Part shown: positions 1-9,526 of the stretch, in pieces
Position numbering within the stretch: the first letter of the stretch is position 1
How the letters are laid out: each line of letters starts with the position of its first letter
DNA from: Ignavibacteriota bacterium
GTDB lineage: Bacteria; Bacteroidota; Ignavibacteria; UBA10030; UBA6906
Reading direction: 5' to 3'
Length of the DNA stretch: 64,000 nt
Assembly: GCA_963808715.1 (NCBI GenBank)
Contig: CAWEHG010000009.1
Coordinates: 8,257 to 72,256 of the forward strand
Made by a program: the position numbers and the translations under genes
The notes under the pieces: model-generated
Database searches by the model: none
What the model was told of the DNA's origin: nothing
Seen by the model: the letters and a program-made list of their open reading frames with translations, nothing else

Positions 1-2306
1 GTTCCGCTGGTCAATCCGCCGCCGTCAAACTCCACTTCGTATCTCCCCGCAGGCTTCAGCGCATCTACAAGAACTCCGACCTCTCGCCCGAGGGGATCGA
101 ACACTGCCAGCCTGACCGGACCGGCAACCGGGAGAGCGTACCGGAGGATCGTCGAGGGATTGAACGGATTCGGGTAGTTCTGCTCCAGTGCGAATCCTCC
201 GATCGGTTCGGCACCGGCCCGCTCAACCACCGTTGCCGTACCGCGGTAACTCCACCGGACGGCATCGAACACCAGCTCCTGCCGGTCCGCCGTAGAAGCA
301 TCTCCCAGCCTCACCACTCCGGCGCTCCCGGCGCCGAGATCATATGTCCCGAGCGAAACCCAGGCGTCGCGGTAGGCCTTCTGGTCGATCTCGACCGTCC
401 GCTGCCCGGCGATCGTGCTGACCTTGTACCGTGCCGCGGTGGCGTTGCTGTACGGGATGTAGGCGAACACCTCGTACGCCCCGGCCTGCGCCAGGTTCGG
501 GGTCCATGTGGCGAAGCAACTGTCCGGCGCGCTCCCCGCGTGCGTGTAGGTGTACCAGAAATGTCCGGCGTACCCCTTGTTGGCGTCCTTCCAGCTCATC
601 ATCGAAACCGGCGCCTGATTGTAGAGGAGGAACCCCGTGTCGATCTGCAGGTCGTCAACGAGCGTATCGGTGACCGCGGGACGCGTGTACGAACCGGAGA
701 CCGCCCAGTAGACGTATCGCCCGAAATTGACGTGACCGTTGTTCCACCCCGGCCAGTCGTAACGGGCGTTCTTTCCATAGGTGTTCGGGTATCCCGGCTT
801 GTTCTTGTCGCCGTACGGATCGTTCGTCACGAACGTCCCGTTCCCTTCGTACCCGTGCGCGAGGACGATGTGCCCGGCGGTGGTCAGGTCCACGCAGAGG
901 CTGTAGGGCCGACCCGCCTCCACCTCGTTCACGGCGGTCTGGAGCGAAGGACTGTCGAGCGTGGAAGCGGCGATCCCGTGCCTGTTGTAGTAGCTGGCCA
1001 TCATCGAATGCGGACTCCCCGACGCCCCACATGTAGCCGAATCCCCCCTGAGCGAGCCGTTTGTTCGGGTCGTAGGCCTGCCACTGATAATCGGATTCTT
1101 TGAACCTGTAGCGGTCGGACACGTATCGTCCCCATACGTTGACATGCCCGGTCGGCGTCGAACACCACCCCGGCCATGGGGGAAGGGCGCGATAGTGCGC
1201 GAGAAGCATGGCGGCGGTCGTCGGCCCGCAGGCTGAATGGCCGTTGAACCAGTCGGGCGTGTCGTAGACCTGGTTGACGTACGGAATGTCCAGCGCCGTG
1301 GCCTTCCGGAGAGCGAGAGGTTCCTCATAGAGTCGCGGCTGGATCGAGATGTTCGGACCAACTCCTCCGTATGACCGTCGGCGGGCTGGATCGACCGCAC
1401 TGACCTCTGGTCGTATGTGTGGCAAAGGATCGACCCGCCGTCGATAGCGAACGACGGATCCATCTCGCACACATCCGGCGTCGAAGTGATCTTTGCCTGA
1501 TCCGACCCGTCCGCGCGGCACTGGAACAGGTCGCTGTTCACCAGCCGCCCTGCGGCGACCTCTTTGCGATAGAAGACGATGCGCGTACCATCGGGAGACC
1601 ACGCCGGGGCGAGGGCCTGACCGAGTTCAACGGTGCTGCCGTCCTGGAGGTTGAAGACGAATGCGTTCCCGGCAAGATCACTATAGAGGAGCCTTGTGCC
1701 ATCGGGAGACCAGGCAGGGAAACCATGGCCATTGCCTCCGGCGCATATCTCTCGTTCCGCACCCGACGTGAGATCCCTGATCCGGACCACACCGTCGTTG
1801 TCGGAATAGGCGATCCTGGAGCCGTCGGGGGAAATGGGGGCGATATTGCTGTAGGTGCCGATCTCAACAGCGACCTCACCGCTTTCCCGCACGACGACCA
1901 GCTTTGTCCCCACCATGAACGCGGCGGAGCCATCGGCAGAAAAACTCACCTGGCCGGCCAGGGGAACGGGAGAATGGAGGCGACGAATGGAGCCGGAGGC
2001 GATGTCGAAGAGCTCCGGGACCTGCAGGCCATCGTCCAGGATCCTTTTGTAGCCGATGGTCTTCCGGTCCGGCGAAAGGGACCAATATCGTCCGGTTCCC
2101 CTCCCCGAGAACAGCTCCTGAACGCCAGATGCGCTCGCCAGGAAGAGCCCGGAACCGTAGTTGTCCGATACGAGAACCCCTTGCTGAACTTCCACCGGGC
2201 AGGTCACATATCCCCCCTCTTCGACCCGGTCCTGGCCAGGAGCCGGCGCGAAGCCGAGCAGGAGAAAGGCTGAAATTGCGTAGAAACTCCGGTTGTCGAG
2301 CTTCAT
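1..2306 (-). CDS. T9SS-sorted secreted multidomain protein (PD40 beta-propeller repeats + C39-like cysteine peptidase + golvesin-C-like domain + Por C-terminal sorting domain); C-terminus cut by window edge
   Basis: ATG 2306 (MKLDNRSFYAISAFLLLGFAPAPG, signal-like) opens a minus frame with no stop down to base 3, so it is absent from the ORF track. Repeats SPDGSRIAYS/SPDGTRLLYS/SPDGTRIVFY. The peptidase block LDIPYVNQ..GHSACGPTTAAMLLAHY is readable only in the frame of track ORF 655..1602, implying two compensating frameshifts near 1370 and 1020. The tail LEQNYPNPFNPSTILRY..VFDPLGREV is the T9SS sorting signature. Confidence 0.7.
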   Translation of the reverse strand, partial: MKLDNRSFYAISAFLLLGFAPAPGQDRVEEGGYVTCPVEVQQGVLVSDNYGSGLFLASASGVQELFSGRGTGRYWSLSPDRKTIGYKRILDDGLQVPELFDIASGSIRRLHSPVPLAGQVSFSADGSAAFMVGTKLVVVRESGEVAVEIGTYSNIAPISPDGSRIAYSDNDGVVRIRDLTSGAEREICAGGNGHGFPAWSPDGTRLLYSDLAGNAFVFNLQDGSTVELGQALAPAWSPDGTRIVFYRKEVAAGRLVNSDLFQCRADGSDQAKITSTPDVCEMDPSFAIDGGSILCHTYDQRSVRSIQPADGHTEELVRTSRSSRDSMRNLSLSGRPRRWTFRTSTRSTTRPTGSTAIQPAGRRPPPCFSRTIAPFPHGRGGVRRRPGMSTYGDDTCPTATGSKNPIISGRPTTRTNGSLRGDSATCGASGSPHSMMASYYNRHGIAASTLDSPSLQTAVNEVEAGRPYSLCVDLTTAGHIVLAHGYEGNGTFVTNDPYGDKNKPGYPNTYGKNARYDWPGWNNGHVNFGRYVYWAVSGSYTRPAVTDTLVDDLQIDTGFLLYNQAPVSMMSWKDANKGYAGHFWYTYTHAGSAPDSCFATWTPNLAQAGAYEVFAYIPYSNATAARYKVSTIAGQRTVEIDQKAYRDAWVSLGTYDLGAGSAGVVRLGDASTADRQELVFDAVRWSYRGTATVVERAGAEPIGGFALEQNYPNPFNPSTILRYALPVAGPVRLAVFDPLGREVGVLVDALKPAGRYEVEFDGGGLTSG

Positions 2307-2340
2307 GATCCACGAACCCGCGTCTGGATGATGCTGTCCA

Positions 2341-2356
2341 TCTCTATACATAGAGA
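2341..2356. promoter_or_regulatory. Palindrome TCTCTAT-AC-ATAGAGA in the divergent intergenic region 2307-2469, candidate operator
   Basis: Perfect 7-bp inverted arms read directly. It lies in the AT-richer spacer between the divergent starts at 2306 (-) and 2470 (+). No binding protein identified. Confidence 0.25.
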
Positions 2357-2469
2357 AGCTACGGAAAATCCACCGCATCCCCAAGAGATGCGCGTCACAC
2401 CTTGATTATCATGAAAAAACAAGACATTTTGCATATGGCAAGGTGTATCATTCCTGAAATACTACCTCC

Positions 2470-3519
2470 ATGACTTCACGAGAACGCTGGCTGGCACTTC
2501 TTGCCGGGGAGAAACCCGACCGCATCCCGACGGACTACTGGGCCACGGACGAGGTGACCGAGCGCCTCCAGCGGGAACTCCGTTGTCCGACGCTGGAGGA
2601 CCTCTACACCACACTGAACATCGACGGCGTCCTGAAGATCTTCCCCAGACGGACCGTCGAGCATTTTCCAGGGGATCCGCGCGCGGACATCTGGGGGATC
2701 AGGCGGAAAGCGGTCCAGTACGGCACCGGATCGTATGACGAATTCGATTCCCACCCCCTCGAGGCGGTGTCCACGGTCGAGGAGATCCACAAGTTCCCCT
2801 GGCCGAAGGCGGCGGATCACGATTTCGACAGCTTCCGCAGGGAGATCGAACGGGCCCCGCATCACCGGATGATCCGTTCCGGGGAGTATGAGCCGTTCCT
2901 CCTCTACTGCGCCATGCGGGGGATCGAGCTCGCCATGATGGACCTGCTGGCAGAGCCGGAGATCGTCACCACCGCGCTCAAGTACATTTTCGACTACTAC
3001 TACGAGCTCAACGCGCGGATCTTCGAGATCGGACACGGGAAGATCGACGTATTCTATCTTGCGGAGGATCTCGGGGGGCAGAGCAGCCTGCTGTTCCGCG
3101 TCGAACAGATCCGGAAGTATTTCATTCCGAACCAGCTGAAGATGGCCGACCTGGCGCGGAGCCATGGCGTGCACGTCTTCTATCATACCGACGGCTCGGC
3201 GCGGGATATTCTGCCCGATCTGATCGACACGGTGGGGATCGAGGTCCTGAACCCGATCCAGTGGCGCTGCCCGGGGATGGAACGGGAAGGGCTGGTGCGC
3301 GATTTCGGGAAGAAGGTGATCTTCCACGGCGCGATGGACAACCAGCAGACGCTCCCGTTCGGCACGGTGGAAGACGTCCGGGCGGAAGTTCTGGAGAACC
3401 TGCAGATCTTTTCGGGCGCGCGCTGGATCTGCGCCCCCTGCCACAATCTTCAGCCGGTGAGCCCCACGGCGAACATCGTGGCGATGTACGAGACGATCCA
3501 CGAGCACGGCACATTGTGA
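2470..3519 (+). CDS. URO-D (uroporphyrinogen decarboxylase) fold protein, MtaA/MT-I-like methyltransferase candidate, paralogue 1
   Basis: Intact 349-aa track ORF. Family-style blocks PDRIPTDYWA, FYLAEDLGGQ, VFYHTDGSARDILPDLIDTVGIEVLNPIQ, CAPCHNLQP. Immediately upstream of a corrinoid protein gene. Confidence 0.75.
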   Translation: MTSRERWLALLAGEKPDRIPTDYWATDEVTERLQRELRCPTLEDLYTTLNIDGVLKIFPRRTVEHFPGDPRADIWGIRRKAVQYGTGSYDEFDSHPLEAVSTVEEIHKFPWPKAADHDFDSFRREIERAPHHRMIRSGEYEPFLLYCAMRGIELAMMDLLAEPEIVTTALKYIFDYYYELNARIFEIGHGKIDVFYLAEDLGGQSSLLFRVEQIRKYFIPNQLKMADLARSHGVHVFYHTDGSARDILPDLIDTVGIEVLNPIQWRCPGMEREGLVRDFGKKVIFHGAMDNQQTLPFGTVEDVRAEVLENLQIFSGARWICAPCHNLQPVSPTANIVAMYETIHEHGTL

Positions 3520-3547
3520 ACAACGACAGCACCCACACCAGGAGGCC

Positions 3548-4189
3548 ATGACCATGGCGGATTTGCAGCAGCTGCACGACGCGATCCTGAACGGTAACTT
3601 CAAGCTTGCGCGCGAGGTGACGGAAAAGGCGCTGGCCGAGAAGGTCGACCCGCAGAAACTCGTCCACGACTACATGATCCCGGCGATGGACGAGGTCGGA
3701 CGCCGGTACGAAGCGAACGAGTACTTCGTCCCCGAGCTCCTGATCGCCGCACGGGCCATGAAGGCCTCCCTCGAGCTGATCCGGCCCCTGCTGGTCGCCA
3801 GCGGCGCCGAATCGGCGGGACGTGTCGTGATCGGCACGGTGAAGGGCGACCTGCACGACATCGGCAAGAACCTCGTCGCGGCCATGCTGGAAGGGGCGGG
3901 CTTCGAGGTGATCGACCTCGGCGTCGACGTGTCGGCGGAGAAGTTCGTCGCCGCGGCGAAGGAAAAGAACGCCCACGTCATCGCGATGTCGGCCCTCCTG
4001 ACCACGACGATGGGGTCCATGAAGACCACGATCGAAGCGATGAAGTCGTCCGGACAGCGCGGGCAGTTCAAGGTGATGATCGGCGGGGCTCCGGTCACGC
4101 AGAAATACGCCGACGAGATCGGGGCCGACGGCTACAGCAACAACGCGAACGCCGCGGTGGCCCTGGCGCGGAAGCTGGTCGCCGCCTGA
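3548..4189 (+). CDS. Methyltransferase cognate corrinoid (B12-binding) protein
   Basis: Intact 213-aa ORF with DxHxxG signature GDLHDIGKN, then SALLTTT and MIGGAP. The N-terminal helical cap resembles MtaC/MtbC-type carriers. AGGAGG lies only 2 nt before ATG 3548, so ATG 3554 is an alternative start. Confidence 0.85.
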   Translation: MTMADLQQLHDAILNGNFKLAREVTEKALAEKVDPQKLVHDYMIPAMDEVGRRYEANEYFVPELLIAARAMKASLELIRPLLVASGAESAGRVVIGTVKGDLHDIGKNLVAAMLEGAGFEVIDLGVDVSAEKFVAAAKEKNAHVIAMSALLTTTMGSMKTTIEAMKSSGQRGQFKVMIGGAPVTQKYADEIGADGYSNNANAAVALARKLVAA

Positions 4190-4191
4190 CC

Positions 4192-5068
4192 ATGACCGGA
4201 TTGAAGGAGATCCTCGCCGGCGCTCCGGTCCTCCTGGACGGCGCGTGGGGAACCCAGCTGCAGTCTCTCGGGCTTCCCACCGGCGACGTTCCGGATGCGT
4301 GGAACCTTCTCCGGCCCGCCGCCGTGAAGGAGGTGGCCCGTCGGTACGTCGACGCGGGGAGCGCGGTCATCCTGACCAACACCTTCCGTGGGAACCCCAT
4401 CTCGCTCGCGGGGTTCGGGCTGGCCGACCGGATGGAGGAGATCAACCGGGCCGGCGTAAGGCTCTCCCGCGAGGCCGCGGGAGACAGGGCCAGGGTCTTC
4501 GCCTCGATCGGCCCGAGCGGCAAGATGCTGATGAGCGACGAGGTCACCGAGGCGGACCTGCGCGCGGCCTTCGAAGCACAGGCCGGGGCGCTGGCGGCGG
4601 AAGGGGCCGACGCTCTGGTGATCGAGACGATGAGCGATCTGGAGGAGGCCACGATCGCTGTCCGCGCCGCGAAACAGACGGGACTGCCGGTCGTCGCCAG
4701 CATGGTGTTCGATTCCGGCAAGGACCACGACCGGACCATGATGGGCTCCACGCCCGAGCAGGTGGCCGTCGCGCTCGAACGAGGCCGGCGCCGACGTCAT
4801 CGGCGCCAACTGCGGCCTCGGGATGGACGGGTACGTCCCCGTGGCACGGAGGCTGCGCGCGGCGACCGACCGGCCGGTCTGGATCAAACCGAACGCCGGA
4901 CTCCCGGAGATGATCGCCGGCATGGTGCGTTACAACACCACCCCGGAGCAGTTCGCCTCCTATGCCCCGGCGCTCGCGTCGATGGGGATCTCGTTCATCG
5001 GCGGGTGCTGCGGCACGACACCGGAGTTCATCCGTGCGCTCGCGCGGACGCTGGGGCGGCAGCCGTGA
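4192..5068 (+). CDS. Homocysteine S-methyltransferase domain protein (MetH N-terminal-like), one frameshift
   Basis: LLDGAWGTQL, ILTNTF and the zinc motif FIGGCCGTTPEFI. The body is in track ORF 4192..5823 and the tail in ORF 4823..5068. One extra base near 4783 turns ALERAGADVIGANCGLG into ALERGRRRRHRRQLRPRDG. Stop TGA 5066-5068. Confidence 0.75.
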
Positions 5069-5823
5069 CCCCGCGAAAATTCCGGCTGATCAGCTGCGAG
5101 GTCCTCTACCGCGAACTGTGCCACACCGTCGCGTCGTCGCCCCACCAGATCGACGTGGGTTTCCTTCCCAAGGGGCTGCACGATATCGGCAGCGCCGGCA
5201 TGGTGGAGCGCCTGCAGTCCGCCGTCGATGCGGTGCCCCCGTCGTCGTACGACGCGATCCTGCTCGGCTACGGCCTCTGCAACAACGGCATCGCCGGTCT
5301 GCGCGCACGCCACACCCCCCTGGTCGTCCCGAGGGCGCACGATTGCATGACCCTCTTCTTCGGCAGCCGCGCGCGCTACACCGAGTTCTTCACCGACAAC
5401 CCCGGGACCTACTTCTTCACCAGCGGGTGGCTCGAGCGTGGGGAGGCCTCCGGCGAGCTCCGGCAGATCTCCATTCAGCATCAGACCGGCATGGACGCCG
5501 ACTATGAGGAACTCGTGAAGAAATACGGCGAGGACAACGCCCGGTTCCTCTACGATCAGCTCTGCGACCATACCAAGCACTACCGGCAGGTCACCTTCAT
5601 CGACATGGGCATCGGGCCGCAGGAACAGTTCCAAGCCATGGCGGAACAGAAGGCCGCCGACCGCGGGTGGAAGTTCACGTGCGCCCGCGGCGACCTGCGC
5701 CTGCTCCGGGACCTGGTGCTCGGGGAATGGAACGCGGAGGAATTCCTCGTCGTTCCCCCGGGCCAGCGGATCGCCGTCTCCTACGACGACGGGATCGTCA
5801 CAACCGAACCGGCGGACGGATGA
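5065..5823 (+). CDS. DUF1638 domain protein (accessory protein of corrinoid methyltransferase clusters)
   Basis: GTG 5065 overlaps the upstream stop (GTGA). RLISCEVLYRE, LLGYGLCNNG, VVPRAHDCMTLFFGS resemble DUF1638 as I remember it. The track shows it only as the 3' part of the false fusion ORF 4192..5823. Confidence 0.6.
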   Translation: MTPRKFRLISCEVLYRELCHTVASSPHQIDVGFLPKGLHDIGSAGMVERLQSAVDAVPPSSYDAILLGYGLCNNGIAGLRARHTPLVVPRAHDCMTLFFGSRARYTEFFTDNPGTYFFTSGWLERGEASGELRQISIQHQTGMDADYEELVKKYGEDNARFLYDQLCDHTKHYRQVTFIDMGIGPQEQFQAMAEQKAADRGWKFTCARGDLRLLRDLVLGEWNAEEFLVVPPGQRIAVSYDDGIVTTEPADG

Positions 5824-7332
5824 GCGTCACGATCACCCTCAGGCCCCTGGGGGCTTCGTTCGAGGTCCCCGAAGGGTCCCCCCTGCAGGACCATCTCTTT
5901 GCCTACGGCGTGGAATTCCCCTGCGGCGGCCGCGGCCGCTGCAAGGGGTGCAGGGTCCGCGTCGCCGACGGGACCCTCCCGGTCACCGCTCCCCAGCGGC
6001 AGATGCTCTCCGCGGAAGAGCTCGCTGCCGGATGGCGGCTGGCCTGCCAGTGCTCGGCGACCTCAGGACCTCACCCTGGAGCTGGCGCAGTGGGAAGCCG
6101 CGATCCTCTCCGACGATTCCCCCCTCTCGTTCCATCCGCGCGACGGCTACGGCATCGCCATCGATGTCGGAACCACGACGATCGTCGGCCAGCTGCTCGA
6201 TCTGCGTGAAGGGAAGGTGCTGGCGGTCCGGAGCGCTCTGAACCAGCAGGCACGGTTCGGCGCCGACATCATGAGCAGGGTAGGCTTCGCAGTGGCCGAA
6301 CACGGGCAGGAACAACTGGTCCGCTCGATCCGCACGCAGACGGGGAGACTGGTCGCCGAGCTGTTGGCCGCCGCCTCGGTTCCGGCGGCCGGCATCGCAG
6401 AAGTGATCCTCGTCGGCAACACCGTCATGCACCATCTCTTTTGCGATCACGACCTGACCCCCCTGTCGGCGTACCCTTTCGAATCCGCCACGCTGGGGGA
6501 GGCCCGCTTCGCCGCGGCGGACCTCGGATGGGACCTCCGCCCGGAGGCAAGCGTCCGTTTCCTCTCCTGCATCGGCAGCTTCGTCGGCAGCGACATCCTC
6601 GCCGGGATCGTGGCCACCCGGCTCCACGAGCAGGAGTCGATCGTCGGACTGGTGGACCTGGGGACCAACGGCGAGATCGTCCTCGGAAACCGCCACCGCA
6701 TGATCTGCACCTCCACGGCCGCGGGACCTGCGTTCGAGGGGGCCCGGATCTCCATGGGAATGCGGGCCTCAACAGGCGCCATATCGGAGGTCCACCGCAA
6801 CGGCGGAACACTGGTCTGCCACGTGCTCGGGAACGTGGCACCCCGCGGGATCTGCGGCAGCGGACTCGTGGATGCGGCCGCCGGGCTCCTGGATCTCGGG
6901 ACGGTTCTCCCGAGCGGACGGATGCCCGGAGGTGATACGATCCTGGCGGAGCCCGTGCGGATCACCCCCACGGACATCCGCGAGTTGCAGCTCGCCAAAG
7001 GGGCCATCGCCGCCGGCGTCCGCCTGCTCTCGAGGGAACTTGGCACAAGCGCTGCAGCGATCGGGCGAATGTCGCTCGCCGGAGCGTTCGGCAACTATGT
7101 GAGTGTGACCAGTGCCCGCAGGATCGGGCTCTTGAACCTGCCGGCGGACGTCATCGTACCGGCGGGGAACACCGCGCTCCACGGGGCAAAACTTGCGTTG
7201 TTCGCTCCTTCGGAGCTTTTTAACGCGATCGCGGCCCGCGTCCAGCACGTCGGGCTCAGCGAGCTCCCCGATTTCCAGGATGTGTATGCCGAAGAGATGG
7301 GCTTTCCAATCACAGACGGAACTCCCCCATGA
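5820..7332 (+). CDS. Reductive activator of corrinoid enzymes (RACE; 2Fe-2S ferredoxin + ASKHA/DUF4445 ATPase), one frameshift
   Basis: ATG 5820 overlaps the upstream TGA (ATGA). N-terminal CGGRGRCKGCRV ferredoxin motif, then IAIDVGTTT, LVDLGTNGEIV, TSTAAGPAFEG. A frame break near 6055-6070 joins track ORFs 5667..6209 and 5899..7332. Confidence 0.8.
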
Positions 7333-8321
7333 GCAGACTCCACGAGCACCTCATCGCTTCGCCTCACAGGCTGGCCATGCCGGTCCTCTCATTCCCCGGA
7401 GGCCAGCTCGCCGGGCGCTCCGTCCGCGAGATGGTCACCGATCCCGCCGCCCAGGTGGAAGTCCAGCAGGCTCTTCACCGAAAATACGGCACGGCGTTCC
7501 TGCTCTCCGCCATGGACCTGAGCGCGGAGGCCGAGGAGTTCGGCGCCTCCATCCTGCTCAGCGACGATGAGATCCCGAGCGTCACGGGCCGCAGGGTGAC
7601 CGACCGCGCCGGGATCGACCAGCTCCGTGTCCCCGCCGTCGGGGGGAAACGCACCGCGGTCTATCTCGAGACCGTACGCCGGCTGGTGGCCGCTTCGCCG
7701 GGTGTCCCGGTGCTGGGCGGTATGATCGGGCCGTTCTCGCTGGCCGGACGGTTGTTCGGCGTCAGCGAGGCACTGCTCGAGACCGCCGTGGATGCCGAGA
7801 CCATGCACGCGCTGATCGACAAGGCCACGACCTTCCTCCTGGCCTACGCCGCAGAATTCAAGAAGGCCGGCGCCTGGGGAGTCATCGTCGCCGAACCGAC
7901 GGCGGGACTGATGTCCCCCCCGGCAGCGGCGGAGTTTTCCTCTCCCTACGTCCGGAGGATCATCGAGTCAGTGACCGACGACCGTTTCGAGATCATTCTG
8001 CACAACTGCGGCGCGCGTCTCCCCCACCTGAAGGCCAGCCTGCAGTCCGGCGCACGTATCCTCCATTTCGGCAAGCCGATGGATATCGTCGCGGCCCTTT
8101 CCGAGGTGAGCCACGACGTGGTCCTGTGCGGGAACCTCGATCCTTCCGAGGTGTTCGTCGGGTCCACCCCGGCGGAGGTTCGCTCCGCCACCGGCAGTCT
8201 GCTGGCGGCAACAGCCTCCAGGAGGAATTTCGTGATCTCCTCGGGCTGCGACGTTCCCCCGAACGCAACCCCCGCGAATATCGAGGCGTTCTTCAAGGCG
8301 GTCGAAGCACATCAACGGTAG
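7329..8321 (+). CDS. URO-D fold protein, MtaA/MtbA-like methyltransferase candidate, paralogue 2
   Basis: Intact 330-aa ORF. ATG 7329 overlaps the RACE stop (ATGA). Blocks MDLSAEAEEFG, IGPFSLAGRL, IVAEPTAGL, ILHNCG, ISSGCDVPP. TAG stop. Confidence 0.75.
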   Translation: MSRLHEHLIASPHRLAMPVLSFPGGQLAGRSVREMVTDPAAQVEVQQALHRKYGTAFLLSAMDLSAEAEEFGASILLSDDEIPSVTGRRVTDRAGIDQLRVPAVGGKRTAVYLETVRRLVAASPGVPVLGGMIGPFSLAGRLFGVSEALLETAVDAETMHALIDKATTFLLAYAAEFKKAGAWGVIVAEPTAGLMSPPAAAEFSSPYVRRIIESVTDDRFEIILHNCGARLPHLKASLQSGARILHFGKPMDIVAALSEVSHDVVLCGNLDPSEVFVGSTPAEVRSATGSLLAATASRRNFVISSGCDVPPNATPANIEAFFKAVEAHQR

Positions 8322-8346
8322 GACCAACCACTTCCAGGAGACTCCG

Positions 8347-9522
8347 ATGCGCACATCACGTCTGTCGCGGCGCAGGGCCCTCGGAACACTGGCGGCATCG
8401 CTCCTTGCTGTGCCGGCGGGCCGCCTCTTTTCGGGCACTCTTCAGACGACTCCCACCACTCCCCAGACCCCTCCGCCGAAGCCCGCCACCAACATCGCGG
8501 ACGCCTTGAAACATCCCCGCACGGCGGCGTCGCTCCCGGGACGATTCCCGGGCAAGGTCGTCCGGGCCGTGGATGCGCGGGCGTGGACCTCCAACGAACC
8601 CGATGTCGAGGTCGTGAACAGGATGCTCGAACGGTCTCTGCTCGCCCTTACCGGAGCCGCAGGGATCAACGAGGCCTGGAGCATGTTCGTCACGCCGGAC
8701 GACATGATCGGACTGAAGGTGAACCCGGTGGCCGGCAAACTCCTCTCCACCAGCCCGCAGCTGGTCCACGCCATCATCCGCCAGCTGACGGCGGCGGGCA
8801 TTCCCAGGGATCGCATCGTCATCTGGGACCGGCGGGAGTTCGAGATGCACGAAGTCGGGTTCACCGCGGAGACCTTCCCCGGCATCCGGATCACCGGAAC
8901 CGAACGGAAGGACGCCCAGGGATCATTCCACGACAAGGAGGGGAAGCTGCATAGCGAGAAGGTCATCGACCGGGACTGGTACTACTGGGCCGATGTGGAG
9001 GGCGAGTACGACGACGAGCACCCTTCCGTACATGGTGAACGAGGGGAAGTACTCCTACTTCACATCGATCTGCACGAAAGAGGTCACCAAGATCATCAAC
9101 CTGCCGATCCTCAAGAACGCGGGCTCGTCGGTGACGCTCTGCCTGAAGAATCTGGCGTACGGGGCGATCTCGAATACCGGGCGCCTGCACAAGCAGCTCT
9201 GGGCCGAGACCTGTGCGGAGGTGCCGGCATTCCCGCCGCTGCGCGACAAGGTGGTGCTGAACATCGTCGACGGCATCAAAGGCTGCTACCAGGGAGGACC
9301 CGCGGCGCAGATCCGCAGTACATCACCAATTTCAACACCCTGCTTGTCGGGACCGACCCCGTCGCCGTGGACAGGGTCGGGTACGAGATCATCCTCAAGA
9401 AGCGGATCGAGGAGAAGATCCAGAAGGAAGAAAACCCGAAGGGACGGCTATTCCTTGAACTTGCGGAGAAGCTGGGGCTGGGCGTGGCGGATCCGTCGAA
9501 GATCGAACGGGCAGAGGTGTAG
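8347..9522 (+). CDS. Tat-signal DUF362 domain protein, two compensating frameshifts
   Basis: MRTSRLSRRRALGTLAASLLA twin-arginine leader. IGLKVNPVAG and IVIWDRREFE are DUF362-like. The central part (LPYMVNEGKYSYFTSICTKEVTKIINLPILKNAGSSVTLCLKNLAYG) is readable only in the frame of ORF 8993..9877. Breaks near 9015 and 9300. Confidence 0.55.
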   Translation: MRTSRLSRRRALGTLAASLLAVPAGRLFSGTLQTTPTTPQTPPPKPATNIADALKHPRTAASLPGRFPGKVVRAVDARAWTSNEPDVEVVNRMLERSLLALTGAAGINEAWSMFVTPDDMIGLKVNPVAGKLLSTSPQLVHAIIRQLTAAGIPRDRIVIWDRREFEMHEVGFTAETFPGIRITGTERKDAQGSFHDKEGKLHSEKVIDRDWYYWADVEGEYDDEHPSVHGERGEVLLLHIDLHERGHQDHQPADPQERGLVGDALPEESGVRGDLEYRAPAQAALGRDLCGGAGIPAAARQGGAEHRRRHQRLLPGRTRGADPQYITNFNTLLVGTDPVAVDRVGYEIILKKRIEEKIQKEENPKGRLFLELAEKLGLGVADPSKIERAEV

Positions 9523-9526
9523 GCGG

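Noticed and set aside
2307-2469. Cobalamin riboswitch upstream of the corrinoid cassette (and a SAM riboswitch upstream of the MetE-like gene at 62950-63040)
   Set aside because: Neither region contains a B12-box-like GCCACTG core or the paired-helix pattern of a SAM-I element. Both spacers are too short (163 and about 90 nt) and AT-rich to hold the full aptamers. A covariance-model scan would settle this.
4192-5823. 543-aa ORF suggesting a homocysteine-methyltransferase/DUF1638 fusion protein
   Set aside because: The middle (RGRRRRHRRQLRPRDG...) is out-of-frame junk. Removing one base near 4783 restores the methyltransferase through GGCCGTTPEFI to TGA 5068, and DUF1638 starts at an overlapping GTG 5065.
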